Assembly: GCA_951406725.2 (NCBI GenBank)
Contig: OX597816.1
Location: 12,834,001-12,898,000 of the forward strand
Direction of reading: 5' to 3'
DNA: 64,000 nt
DNA from: Octopus vulgaris
Taxonomy: Eukaryota
Made by a program: the position numbers and the translations under genes. Within the stretch, counting starts at the first letter, position 1; the number at the start of each line of letters is the position of its first letter. Shown here one piece after another: positions 38,941 through 53,697 of this stretch. The notes under the pieces were generated by a model. It ran no database searches. It was not told the DNA's origin and worked only from the letters and a program-made list of their open reading frames with translations.

Positions 38941-41391
38941 AATTAATATAAATACGAAATTTATATAATTTGAAATTAATATAAACACGGTCTCACTTTC
39001 TTCCTCGTTATGTTAACGAATGGACACGGAATATGATGTCGTGTTTGAGATATTCTCTTTTGCTTGTGCTTTATTATAAACATTTTAATCCAGCCTTTGC
39101 CTCTTTTTCATTCTTGCGAAATTTCAAGACATTTGCTTGTAAGGGTGCAATTATTCAACTTACTCGGAACTCCACAACCGAAGGTCGGCATTTATACAAA
39201 TGCATTTGTGAATGATAGGTTTATTTCTAAATATTTCATAGTATTCGCATTGCATGATTTTCCCCTTAAATCTTTCCTTAAATTCACTTTTTGAAACAGC
39301 ATCATTCGGCAATCATTTTCCTCTTCCCTCTTGATCAATTTTCATAACTTTAATTTCACTGATGTTTATTTTTAAGCCGACCAAATTAAACAATATAATC
39401 TGCTTAAGCAAAATATGACAAATACTTTCCACTAATAAATATTTTGTTTGTTGTTTGGTGGTTTAAATATTAATGAAAGAGATTTCATGACAAGTTGGTA
39501 AAAAGGAAATATATTTTTTAAAAATGTACGCAATATCAGTAAGTTATTTATACATAATTTAGAATTTGTCGTATAATTTTGTAAGTAAATGTGTGTAAAC
39601 TAAAAAGTAGTGGAATATTCTGAAAGAATTATGAAATTATGATTTAAGAAATATCTTATCAATGTCGATCTAAAATCACATTGCTTCAGTCTGCGATACG
39701 AAAATTCCCTCAAGAAATACAATTTTTAGATGTTGAAAGTTGATAAAAGTTTGTTAAAAAATTCCAGAGTGTTCTTTTAGAGTTTTAAGCACGAAAATTT
39801 AAACTAACTTTTTTTGCCTGTCAACGCATATTAATACTGACTTCAAATATCTAGCCTTCTTCTTTACATTCGAAATTAATATTGACTTCAAAAATGATTG
39901 GATGAAAAAAAATGTCAGTGTTTTGATAGTGTCCGATCGTATAGCGCAGCTAAACTGTGCTCCACATTACCAAATATGGTAATGCTAATCTCAAGCTGAT
40001 TTAATTTTATACCTAAATCTTCTTACTTCGATTCCGAACAAGATGTCTGCTACAACGTCAATTCGTTTTCTTCAAACAGATAGTTTTCGTTAAGGAAGCA
40101 ACAGAAAACTTCATTGCAGTAAGCTACATGCAAATTGCTACGCTTATTCGATGTATACTTTTTAATTAATTAGATTAAATTGCTGTGTCTGGGGAGAGTC
40201 ATTCTCTTTTAGTGCCTTATAATTAAATTGCTTATTATTAAATTGCTTTTCCAAGAAAATCATACTAGTGCTGTGCATTCCATGTCATGACTCGTTTTAC
40301 ACTATCAAATGTCTTTTTAAAGTTTACATAAGCTATTATCTAAGGCAACATTATCGAGCTGCTATATGCGTGTGTACGGTCATTGTACATTTTCACAGCT
40401 ATACAACTCCAATTGCCATACATTCAGAGATCCTGTTCTGGTATGCCAAACTATGCACCTTTTAAACTACGATATCTCTTCAATATTCCATATATTAAAA
40501 AACCAGTCTCTTCAAAGAGGAATCTGAGCCTCGCCAAGCTTCGCATGTGCAGTGCTTGTATCAGCTCATCCTTGCTGTATCCGTCTATTACAAAATTCTC
40601 CAACATTCCTATGCCACTGAAGCTTTCTTAATTATCTAATTAATCTCTGAATCTAAGGATGCTTGCTTGGAAGTAGAGGTGCAAAATATGCAAAAGAATC
40701 CAGTGCTTTAAGTCTGGGTCATTGGTTAAGTATATGTGTTTAGCCATACGATTTCCCGTGGACCGGCATAAACATGACCGTGGTTTTCTTAAGAGTTATT
40801 CAACTAAAAATGCAATAATGGTACTGGAAACTAGGTTCATTCTTTCCAGAACATCTTGTTTCGAGTGATCTATAATATGAAGATCATCAGCGCACAACAA
40901 ACCGCTAACTGGAGATGAGTGGAAAATATTCGTTTCGGCTTTGAAACGATTTCGACTTTATGGTTTACCTAATGTGTGAAAGCTGACAAAGGCACCTAGG
41001 TCACAATCCTTTAACGCATAAGCAATTTCAGCTGCACAGGAGTTGGAAAATAACGCTGGCATTATTATATTCTTCGCTTAAAGCCATTGTCTACTGGCTT
41101 GGGTTCCAACAGAACACCATGATTTGCAACAGGACTTTATATCAGTGTGTGCAACAGGACTGCTGTGTCGTGTAAGAAAAGATCGATTCCAACAACACAT
41201 AGGTAAACAGCATCAATGTCAATGGGTTTTTCTAAGACGTGTATGTGTGGGTGTTTGGACATAAGAGATAATATAATGCTTGTGTGCAACTGTGTGTGTA
41301 TGTACGTGAGTGTGTATATTATATTATATATATATTATATATATTATTATATATAATAATAATATTATTATATATATTATATATTATATAT

Positions 41392-41470
<79 letters not shown>

Positions 41471-41932
41471 TACATGTGAGTGAGTTTGTGTGCAAATTTC
41501 TGTAAATATATAGAAAGTATGCAAGAAGGGAAATGTGATAAAACGCACATACCCTCTCTCACGCACTTAACGCTCCACTCTCATTCACACATGCTATCTA
41601 TGCACTTACAGAATTTATAACACATCCGGATATACATACATGCCTAAGTACACGACTGATAACTTTCTCCTCCTACGCACAATCGATATTCAATCTACAT
41701 TTTGTTTCCTTTCTTTCTGTTGGAATCTGTTGAATCCGCATAGTTCCTGTCAACTAAATACCGTTGGCTATGTTCTTAATAAAACCATCTCTCTGCCTTA
41801 AAGATTGTTTTTATTCTATTTTTCCTTACTTGTCCACTATTCGTCTTTCATTCTGGATACTTTGGACTAAAATTTGTTTACGATGATGGTGCGAAAAATA
41901 CGAAACACCATACTGAATATATCATGTGTGTG

Positions 41933-41976
<44 letters not shown>

Positions 41977-42449
41977 GTTTGTGTGTGTGTGCTTGTATAT
42001 ATATATATAATGATAATATGAGGGAATATTATTCCAAACTTACAGGGAAAAATTCAATTTAGAAATACTAAATCAGATTTCACAAAATATAATATATATA
42101 TATAAATTAGAATATAAACCCACCTCTTATCAATTCAATAATGGAAAATTAAATTATACCATCTATAAAATTACATATTATAGAAAGATTAAATATAATA
42201 TAAAACATATAACGATGATTAAGCAATGTGCAAAATTATAAATAAAGCGTATATATTTGGTATAATATCATAAAATAATATACATATGTGCTCCACTATT
42301 TATCACAGTACATGGACGATGGTATGAAAATTTCATGCTCTACAGATGGTACGGCATGGATAAAACCAGGAAGAGTTCTATATGCACTTTCAAACAATTC
42401 AGCCTATCACAGTTAACGCCAACTTCACGAAAATCGGCTTCCAGAACTT

Positions 42450-42582
42450 AATACAAGACATCGAGACACATCAACACTATCCTACAGAACGCTTAACTAG
42501 AAAAACTCTTTATATTCATAGACACTCCAGCCACCCCAGGCTGTAATTAGAAACATAATCATAGGTATCTGCAGAAGAATAT
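42450..42582 (+). mobile_element. PLE RT thumb fragment
   Basis: KTLYIHRHSSHP / AVIRNIIIGICRRI matches the PLE YIH..S.HP motif. Confidence 0.6.
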
Positions 42583-42609
42583 ATATATGTTTGTGTGTGT
42601 GTGTTTGTT

Positions 42610-42790
42610 TGTGCTCCATCACCACTTGGCAACTGGTATTGGTGTGTTTATGTCTCCCGTAACTTAGCGGTTCGACAAAAGGGGCCGACAGAATAAGTAC
42701 CAGGTCCTGAGGTCGATTTGTTCGACTGAAAGTTGGTGCCCAATCATGGCTGCAATCATATGGCTGAAACAAGTGAATGAATAAAAGAAT
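42610..42790 (+). mobile_element. SINE family B tail
   Basis: ggtgtgtttatgtctcccgtaacttagcggttcg...ctgaaacaagt. Confidence 0.85.
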
Positions 42791-42824
42791 ATATATATAC
42801 AATATATATATATATATATATAGT

Positions 42825-43088
<264 letters not shown>

Positions 43089-43647
43089 TACGTATACTCA
43101 TGCACACAAGCATTTACCTAAATGCAGACATATTTTGTGTGCGAAGAAAATGTTTCATCAACATTGGCGGACTCTCAATGATGAGCACAATTATATAGAA
43201 ATATTTATTCTGTAAATTCCTAATAACATATGGAGCTATGTACTAAGAAATCTTTCAGTTTTCGTAGGATTTACGTATGTTCTGAAATCTATTCCATTTC
43301 TCTCCGATTTATAAGATATAACCTCAGTTCACTAGTGTTCCAAGCTAATATCGTTTACTTTTCGTACGAAGACTGTCTCTTGGGTGGTTACACGAAAAGA
43401 CGACAGTCTGTCCATTGCTGAAATGTTATATACGGTTAATGTTGACGGAATGGCTTTCCTTTGATTCTCTTCTGACGTCTAAATAATTTATACAAAACTT
43501 TTGAAGGAAATATTTGCTAACTCAATCAATACTTTGCAAAATGGCTAACAGTAAGCAAATTGGTTTCTCGTTTCATAATCTGTCGTACGATTCTTGCAGA
43601 GTTATTTAAAGCTATTTAAAGGCATTGAGTAATTTATGTACATATGT

Positions 43648-44052
43648 TACTCTTTTACTCTTTTACTTATTTCAGCCATTTGACTGTGGCCATGCTGGAA
43701 TACCACCTTTTAGTCGAGCAAATCGACCCCAGGACTTATTCTTTGTTAGCCTAGTACTTATTCTTTCGGTCTCTTTTGCCTAACAGCTAAGTTACGGAGT
43801 CGTAAACATACCAGCATCGGTTGTCAAGTGATGTTGGGGGGTGGGGACAAACAGAGACACACACACACGCATATATATATACATATATACGACGGGCCTC
43901 TTTCAGTTTCCGTCTACCAAATCCACTCACAAGGCTTTGGTCGACCCGAGGCTATAGTAGAAGACACTTGCCCAAGGTGCCACGCAGTGGGACTGAACCC
44001 AGAACCATGTGGTTGGTAAGCAAGCTACTTACCACACAGCCACTCCTACGCC
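43648..44052 (-). mobile_element. SINE family B, full length
   Basis: Matches 5920-6320. Confidence 0.92.
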
Positions 44053-44061
44053 TATATATAA

Positions 44062-44109
<48 letters not shown>

Positions 44110-44277
44110 TATATTATATTATATTATATTATATATATATATATATTATATAAAAATATTTAAGTAGGTGAATGAATTATCCTTCAGAATTAAGAATATG
44201 CAGTCTTCGAAACATGTGTTGAAATTAAAGGAATTGTGTTAAAATCCTCGTTCGACTCCATTCTTTTATTCATTTTA

Positions 44278-44317
<40 letters not shown>

Positions 44318-44739
44318 GAATTATAAAAATAATTTTAAAAATATAATGTACTGTTTCTACTTCGCGGATTTTCACTCATCGTGGTTGGGATTATTGGACC
44401 GTAACACCCGCGATAGTTGAGGGTTACTGTAATCTGTCTAAAATAACGCCTTTGATACTGAAGAATGGAGATGAGTTACTGGATAATGTTGCGATACTCT
44501 TACAAAATTACTGGATGTCCTCAAATGTAGTACCTTTGTTTAAAAGCTTGACTAATCAGAGCTAACCTGGAGTTAGATAACACAGGGCATATCTTCAACT
44601 CTACTAGTCATCGCAAAAATACAATTATAGCAAAAATATAATTAGTGTCTCGAGTCACCAGTCCTCGGATTCATACGGTGGGTTACACGGATCCTATTGT
44701 GTGTAAGTGAGCAAAATCACATCATTTCCTCTGAGCGGA

Positions 44740-44905
44740 AAACGGTTCGTTGCAAGGTTGTTTATATACAACTGTGTGAATTGTACCAACGGGAAATGGA
44801 GTGTTTCGCTCAAGAACACAATAGAGTCCGCACCGGGTGAAGGAATCGAAACCCTGATATTGCGATCGTAAATGCAGTTCTTAACCACTAAGCCACATGC
44901 TTTCA
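44740..44905 (-). mobile_element. SINE family D
   Basis: gctcaagaacac...ggaatcgaaacc...cttaaccactaagccacatgc. Confidence 0.75.
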
Positions 44906-44959
44906 CTGGGAATATAGAATCTGATATAAAATGAACTGCAATATTATACACAAATTATA

Positions 44960-45177
44960 AAGCGGTGAGCTGGCGGAATCGTTAGCACGCCGAGCAAAAA
45001 TGCTTAGCGGCATTTTGTCCGTCTTTATGTTCTGAGTTCAAATTCCGCCAAGATCCACTTCGCTTTTCATCCTTTCGGCATCGACTAAAATAAATACTTG
45101 CTGAGCTTGGGGGACGATGTAATCAACTTACCCACCACCTTAGACCTTGCTGGCCTTGTCCTAAAATTCGAAACCTA
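44960..45177 (+). mobile_element. SINE family A with ~17-bp TSD
   Basis: atattatacacaaatta at 44941 and atattatatacaaatca at ~45178. Confidence 0.85.
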
Positions 45178-45442
45178 TATTATATACAAATCATGGGAGT
45201 CCCTGAAGTTTTGGCTGAGGGAATCTCAATCATTAAGATAATTTTTGAGTATTATATACATATACATAATACTCTAGGGGTCCTCTTCTGAACTTGCTGG
45301 CCTTGTGCTAAAATTTAAAGCCTATATTATACACAAATTAATGGGAGTCGCTGAGGTTTTGGCTGAGGGAATTCTCAATCATTTAAGATAATTTTTGAGT
45401 ATTATAGACATATACATAATCCAGGGGTCATCTTCTGAACTT
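45146..45442. repeat. Tandem duplication, ~147-bp unit
   Basis: cttgctggccttgt...tcttctgaa occurs twice. Confidence 0.9.
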
Positions 45443-46271
45443 CACAACCAGCCCCTACTGTTGACTTGTGAGCAAATCTGTGAGAGGCTGTGGTGAAGTA
45501 TATTGTACATAATTCGATATTTTTTCAAATAAACCACAACCTCAGTCGTCCTATCCAGAACTACAAACACCAGGAGTATGTTCTTATCACCCATATAATT
45601 AGTAAGACTGCTGGGCTTAGAAATTACTTCCTAAATGGTCAGTTTGATATTTATGTGCAACGATAAAAGCAAATCAGGAAAAATAATGACCACTTAACGA
45701 AATCTCCATAATCTCCTATAACCTTAAATATATCACATGCTCTCCGATATAAATGTTGCATGCAATTCTTAATATTGCCTTATCTCTCGGAAATATCTGC
45801 CAACGTATGTACATAGCATGCTGGTATTTAAGGAAAATATAACGTTTATTTTATAAAATGCTATTCGAGTTCCGATAATTTCGAATGCAAACTGCCGCAT
45901 TGCAAATAAAATTATATCATGTTTAACATGTATACCTACACAGAAGATAATGTTCAGTGAATTTAGCTTCAGCGTCAGTGAAATAATTTTCTGCAGTTAG
46001 AGTTTCCATACATAATAAAAATGATAAAGAGAAGACACCATACTTCCATACGTATGAAAAGGAGTTTTATACTTTCCTTTAAACCCGTGGAAGGCCAAAT
46101 TTCTTCTCTTAAAACCAATAAAATATGCTTGCTTTATACACACACACACGCACACACACACACTCACACACACACATATATATATACATATGTATATATA
46201 TTCACACATATATAACTTATCTATTACACACGACGCACTCATACATACACAGACATATATATAAGCATATA

Positions 46272-46309
<38 letters not shown>

Positions 46310-46310
46310 C

Positions 46311-46355
<45 letters not shown>

Positions 46356-46387
46356 TATATACATACATACATACATACATACATACA

Positions 46388-46434
<47 letters not shown>

Positions 46435-47081
46435 CTGACTAACTTCACGTAATGAAGCTAACGTATATAAATTATTTCAGGTTCGAATCCCAAGTTATTT
46501 AATAGTGTGTTTACAATCTAGTATGTTATGCGATTCTTTCAAAGGAACACAAACGCACATACACTCACTCTCTCCCACTCACACACACAAATTCTCTCTC
46601 TCACACACACACACATACACCCAAGAGGTTTGTATGAAAGACTCGTTTTAAATCAATTAAATAGAATGCATTCTCTTTCAAAAAACTGTCTCATGCTAAG
46701 TGGAAATATCAATATTTGCCGTTTGTCACTGAAATAGAGAGTATTGGAGAATACGAGGAGGTGCAATTTGAGATAATTTAGTTTCCTGAACCTTTAACGT
46801 GACATGTTTACTGTGGAGAAAGAAGGAAACAAAATGGAGATGGTTTTCAAAAGAATATTTGATTACGTTTACCAAAATTCTTTGTTCGGATTGCACTGAA
46901 ATTCCTCTTAAGAACAATAACGACAATGTTCCAACATCTAGTGGCAGACAGAAGATTATTTCTTCGCTGCTTCTTTTTGGCATTATTCTTCCTTGCTTTC
47001 CAGCAATATTTAAAACTCAAAGGAGCTGAGTAAGCGGACGCCATGTTAAATATCAAAGGTGGCCTCACACACAGACACACG

Positions 47082-47118
<37 letters not shown>

Positions 47119-47141
47119 AAGAGAACAAAGTGTACGTACTT

Positions 47142-47204
<63 letters not shown>

Positions 47205-48237
47205 TTTACATATATATATCTATAATTATGTTTGTATATAAATATCATATATATATGTATATAGATAGATACATATATGCATGTATAATGTACATATGCA
47301 TATATGTCTATATATTTGTGTGTGCGTGGGCATATGCAATTATATACACATATACGTATAAACATATGAATCTATATATATGTGTGGTGGTGGAATGTCG
47401 TAACTGCATTTATGCATCCACTATATTGACAATATTTTTACAAGAAATCTTGCTTGTAAGAGCAAAGCTATCGTCCAGAGAAACCGAATGCAGAAACAGA
47501 CCAAAATGGAATTTTTATTGTTATTATTATTATCATTATTGTTGCAAATCTGTCAATAAGAGAAAAAAAAAAAAAAAAGCCAAATCAATTTAATTTCATA
47601 TGTCCATTAAAAAAGAAATCTCCATAAAACAGTACAGAAAAAAAAACAACGAAATAACTATACAAAATATGATGTAATTTATTTTTAAAAAATGGCGAGC
47701 AAAAATGAAATATAGAGACAGCAAGTCAGCAAAATCAAAATCTGTAGCTACAAAAATGACAGTCAAAATATATTTCGTTTTCAGTAGCTGAAAGCAATCT
47801 ATTTTCATTAACTCTGCTCTATTCCGGAGGCTGCACGTTTGCTCACAAACAATTATAAATATATTTCAGGGAAGCCTCAAACACCTCATTGCAGTTCTTG
47901 TGGCGGACTCTTTAGGCAACCATTAAAAGAGTTACATTGGATTCCTCTGTCTCATTCAACTCTCTCTCTCCACCACCTTTCTTCCCGCTCACTCCTTTCT
48001 CTCTCTCTTTCACTCTGTTACTCATACTGCTTTTTTCTCCCTATCTATAACCCTCTTTCCCCCTCTCCCTTAGTTAATCATACCATTTTCCTCTCACTAA
48101 CTACGTCTCTCTGTTTCGGTATTTACCACACGTATACGTATTCGTTATTTCTTTTAGCTATTCTGATTCTCATGTCTTGTCATATAACTGACCGGACAAC
48201 TGTTGATAATTCATACAATTGGGTGTCAAAAAATTTC

Positions 48238-48650
48238 TTATTTCTTTATTTCCCACAAAGGGCTAAACATAGAGGGGACAAACAAGGCCAGACAAACGGA
48301 TTAAGTCGATTAGATTGACCTCAGTGCCTAACTGGTACTTAATTTATCGACCCCGAAAGGATGAAAGGCAAAGACGACCTCGGCGGAATTTGAACTCGGA
48401 ACGTAGCGGCAGATGAAATACCTATTTCTTTACTACATACAAGGGGCTACACACAGTAAGGACAAACAAGGACAGACAAACGGATTAAGTTGATTATATA
48501 GAACCCAGTGCGTAACTGGTACTTAATTTAACGACCCCAAAAGGATGAAAGGCAAAGTCGACCTCGGCGGAATTTGAACTCAGAACGTAGCGGCAGATGA
48601 AATACCACTAAGTATTTCGCCAGGTGTGCTAACATTTCTGCCAGCTCGCC
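48238..48650 (-). mobile_element. SINE family A dimer
   Basis: Junction atgaaatac|ctatttctttactac at ~48421. Confidence 0.9.
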
Positions 48651-48764
48651 GGTTGCCAAAAAACTTCTGACTCATGACCAAGGTATTTAACATACTTTTG
48701 CTTACGTTACTTACATTACGAAATTATGTTATGTTTAACATGTATTATTACCTAGAAGATAAAA

Positions 48765-49010
48765 CGGGTGAGCTGGCAGAATCGTTAGCACGCCGGGCAA
48801 AATACTTAGCGACATTTCGTCCGTCTTCACGTTCAGAGTTCAAATTCCACCGAGGTCGACTTTGCATTAAGAACCAATCAAATATTCATTTCTGTTCTAG
48901 GCACAAGACCCGAAATTTTTGAGGAGGTGCCCAGTCGATTAGATCGCCCCCAGTGCGCAACTGGTACTTAATTTATCGATCCCGAAGAGATGATAGGCAA
49001 AGTCGACCTA
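48765..49010. mobile_element. Two convergent SINE family A fragments
   Basis: Plus-strand head at 48765-48867 and minus-strand body at 48880-49010. Confidence 0.8.
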
Positions 49011-49369
49011 GAACCAGTCAAATATTGGAGCCGCCGTGATCTACTACTTCCCTCTCCACAAATCCTAGGCCTTCTACCTATAGCAGAAAGGATCATTACC
49101 TTTAAGATAATGTGAGAGAGAGGTAGAGAGAGACATGAATAAATATTTCGCCGACATAACTTGAGTATTATTTTGTGGTCTAACTCTAGCAACTGTGCAT
49201 TAAAAATGATTAGCCATAGAATAAATGTAAACAAATTTAATAAATAAAAGTGACATAGATCTATAGACGGAAGATAAATACATAGAATATGTATATTTAT
49301 TTTTATGTGAACTGCGAGTTGCTTTCTAAGTCCCCTTTTATTCAAATTCAGTTATTCAAATTCTGAACA

Positions 49370-49775
49370 ACGAAGAGAAGTTATTCTTTATGCACATAAT
49401 ACAGTGGTACATGACAAAAACTTTACTGGGATCAATAAAAACTCTGATAACCCCTTTCATATCACTAAGAAACCTAACGATTTGGCATAATGGAGAAGTG
49501 TTGTTCGTTTATTTATTTATCTTATTGACACTGAAACCCGACTTCCCAGGATTCACTGCGGTCTTTATGTTGACGACGCCTTTCTATCCTTAAAATTTAC
49601 CAGTGACATAATATGAGTTGTGGCTGCCCTGTGAAGGAATCTAAGTGACCCGTCCCTCCTTTTAATGTACATACCTTCGATTAGAGCAAATATACGTATA
49701 TAATATAGACGATCTATGCTCTGCACATATCCCACAAAGGCCACGGCGACTGTATACAAACTATTAATCTTGTTT
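49370..49775 (+). mobile_element. Decayed PLE RT core
   Basis: EVILYAH..., DNPFHIT, CGLYVDDAFL (~49558-49587), resembling the PLE FDVTMG and GLYRDD motifs. Confidence 0.55.
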
Positions 49776-50257
49776 TGGGGAAAAAATCTACAAAGTTTTT
49801 CTTAAAATAGAAGACTCTATATTAGTATAGTAAAACTTTCTAGACGTAAATTTCGAAAACCAATACCTCCTTAAACTAAACCCCTAAGCGCTCTAACGTT
49901 CTTACAAATGCAATTATAGAATTAATACTAAAAATATTTTGTTGACTTTTACAACTTTCTGTTATATACTAATCTCAGTCCTGCTCCACAATGCTGCAAC
50001 CCTTTTTCTTTACTTCTTTTTTTTATAGTTTTATCAAGAAATTAGTTCCATTGTAACAATACTTACAATAATATCTTTCCTCGCTGTAATAAAATTGAAG
50101 TAAGTAAAAGGAGGGACATAATCAGACTGACGCCCACTTTGAATGCCAGTGTATCCACTCCAGTTACCCTCATCTTTTATGAAGTTCTTCAAATACACTT
50201 CTGTTATGAACATAAATATTATAAGTATTTTGCTAAGAGATATCAAAATATCAAATA

Positions 50258-50700
<443 letters not shown>

Positions 50701-50947
50701 AATAGAATACCCTATTTAACTATATTTAGCTTCGACTACTCTGAGACACATAACCTCTTCAAATCTCCACATATTTTACAAATGTATGCCTAATCAATAC
50801 ACGGAGAGCTTCAACTGCATCGATTTTAAAACGTTTCCTCAAAACTCGAAAGAAACATATATTAGGGGTTTATGATAAGTTTTGAGTCTTCAAGGCCTTT
50901 GAGCCTTGAAGTCTTCTACCTTCATCAGAAGTCTTGTATCATTACTG

Positions 50948-51150
50948 TTTTACTCTTTTACTTGCTTCAGTCATTTGACTGCAGTCATGCTGGAGCACCG
51001 CCTTTAGTCGAGGAAGTCGAGCCCAGGACTTATTCTCTGTAAGCCTAGCACTTTTTCTATCGCTCTCTTTTGCCGAACCGCTAAGTTACGGGAATGTAAA
51101 CACACCAGCATCGTTTATGAAGCGACGTTGGGAGGACAAACACAGACGCC

Positions 51151-51248
<98 letters not shown>

Positions 51249-51285
51249 CATATACATATATAGACATATATACATATATATATAT

Positions 51286-51324
<39 letters not shown>

Positions 51325-51460
51325 GCTTCTTTCAGTTTCCGTCTACCAAATCCACTCACAAGGCTTTGGTCGGCCCGAGGCTATAGTAGAAGACACTTGC
51401 CCAAAGTGCCACGCAGTGGGACTGAACCCGGAACCATGTGGTTGGTAAGCAAGCTACTTA
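50948..51460 (-). mobile_element. SINE family B, near full length
   Basis: Matches 43648-44040. Confidence 0.92.
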
Positions 51461-51479
51461 CCTCGAGGCTCAAGACTTT

Positions 51480-52962
51480 TCATACACCCCCTCATATATT
51501 CATAGAGACGAAACATTCACTTGCCGCAACAAATAAGAATGTTAAATGTATCCGTATCTCGTTGGAAGTTATCAATAAGTGAGCTGGCTGCCAACATTCT
51601 TAGACAAAATCCGTAACAACAGATATATCTGAAAATAGTGCTAAACAATAACTGGCATTTCAAGTAGCTACCCAGCTAAGTAAAAATCCATTATATGCAA
51701 CAGCGGCAATATCAGATAAAAATAGCCATTTATATATCATATTTAATATATATTCCTCGTGATTACCCGTATTTATTGCGGCATCAGTCCAGAGTTTATA
51801 TCTCCGACGCAGGTATGTGTTAGACGACTTCTCTCTAACAAATATATTTACATTTCTCATGTATATACCTTGGGAATCTTTGTTGCTGTAATAGTAATCG
51901 TAAGAACCCTTCAACACTGATCTGTCTATCCATGCCAACCTCAACCATTCAGTGAACGTCCTGAAACGAATAGAGATATATACATCCGCATGAGTATATG
52001 TGTATTATTCCCTGTTGATTTCACTTCCACCAGAGCCGCAGGTTACATCTCCGAAGCATTATCACAAAGCCGATTACAGGAAATTATAAAGAATTCATCA
52101 ACAGAATCTAGAAGCTACCTCATAAAGTATAGTAATAAATATGTCGTTTGGGGTCAGCCACGTTATAATATTGCTGCAAGAAACCGGTGCTGAAAAATAT
52201 TCCTTCTTCCTAATCCGTAAATATTTTCCGAATGATTATAAATTGCAAATGCTTTTCAGCGAACTGCATTAGTGTGTAAGCAAAAAAGAAAAATCTCCTA
52301 AGCTGTTAAAAGACACAAAGGAACATTACTACCATTAAATGTAGAGCAAAAGGGAGCCGATATTTATATTATCGAAGTATGGCAACCTGTTCTTAAAACG
52401 AATTGATATCTCCGTCAGCAATACTGCTACGGCACTCCGTCAGTTACGACGACGAGAGCTCCAGTTGATCCGATTAACGGAACAGCCTGCTCGCGAAATT
52501 AACGTGTAAGTGACTGAGCACTCCACAGACGCGTACCCTTAACGTAGTTCTTTGGGAAATTCAGCGTGACCCCAAGTATGACATGGCTGGCCCTTTGAAA
52601 TACAGGTACAACAGAAACAGGAAGAAAGTGTGAGAGAAAGTTGTGGTGAAAGAATACAACAGGGTTCACCACCACCCCCTGCCAGAGCTTCGTGAAGCTT
52701 CAGGTGTTTTCTCTCAATAAACACTCACAACCCCCGGTCGGGGAATCGAAACCGCGAGTCCGCTGCTCGTTCTTTCACAGAACACCTGAAAAACAACTCG
52801 AAACTTTCAACCTGTATTACGGGAAGGAGAGATAACCTGCTGTCCACCAGCATTTCTTGAGGAATATTAGGCATTTAAGAACAGCTCGATGTACTTCAAA
52901 AGAAACTTCATGTCGTCGGCCATTTCAAGTCACCTATAACCAAAACCAACAAGTTTCGACTT
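51480..52962 (+). mobile_element. Decayed PLE (RT-to-endonuclease region) interrupted by a SINE
   Basis: AAGY, VVWGQPRYN, FLIRKYFPNDYKL resemble the PLE IIWFNPPYS...LIDKHFP..HKL motif. Confidence 0.55.
52428..52765 (-). mobile_element. tRNA-derived SINE, family C
   Basis: Homologous to 56645-56980 and 63659-63845. Confidence 0.88.
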
Positions 52963-53071
52963 CTACTATAGCCCCGAGGCTATAGTAGAAGACAGTTGCC
53001 CAAGGAGCCACACAGTAGGAATGAACCCGGAACCATGTGGTTGGTAAGCAAACTACTTACCATACACACAC

Positions 53072-53156
<85 letters not shown>

Positions 53157-53217
53157 TCAATAAATGGTGGGGTTGTGTTGACCGCACGTGGAGAAATGAT
53201 AAGCAAGGAAAAACTGT

Positions 53218-53394
53218 AAAAATGCAGAATGCTCGATTGAAAGAAAATTTTAATGAAATGAGAAAATGAAAAAATATATAAATATGTATTTATTCAAACT
53301 ATGACGAAAACCGGTTTGAATAAATATATATTTATATATTTTTTCATTTTCTCATTTCATTAAAATTTTCTTTCAATCGAGCATTCTGCATTTT
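53218..53394. repeat. Fold-back palindrome, ~82-bp arms
   Basis: aaaatgcagaatgctcgattgaaag...tattcaaac / gtttgaata...ctttcaatcgagcattctgcatttt. Confidence 0.92.
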
Positions 53395-53402
53395 ATTTTC
53401 CT

Positions 53403-53435
<33 letters not shown>

Positions 53436-53441
53436 ATATAT

Positions 53442-53613
53442 ATGACGTATATTTGCCATTTAAACATGGTTAACCCCTAAGGGTGTATGCTACTGTAGTT
53501 TGTAGCCCCAGGAGGACACCTCCTCCTGCTGGCTTTAGATACACTTTCTGAGCCCTACCAGTATTTGCAAATACCTTAGGGGTTAGCCATATTTAAATGG
53601 CAAATATACGTCA
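53442..53613. repeat. Inverted repeat, 40-bp arms
   Basis: atgacgtatatttgccatttaaacatggttaacccctaagg / ccttaggggttagccatatttaaatggcaaatatacgtcat. Confidence 0.9.
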
Positions 53614-53653
53614 TGTTGTGTTGCAGCTACTGTTTATAACTCGCTCTAAGTTT

Positions 53654-53697
<44 letters not shown>

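Noticed and set aside
40600-41240. Possible ancient R4/Dong or mariner remnant (TGDE, KAP)
   Set aside because: Motifs too short and ambiguous
43230-43620. Possible minus-strand PLE RT remnant (INYLDV, NHP)
   Set aside because: Too decayed to support
44180-44225. Hammerhead-like ...tcttcGAAAcatgtgTT (similar weak cases at 4883, 13945 and 25722)
   Set aside because: Core too degenerate to call; possibly fossils
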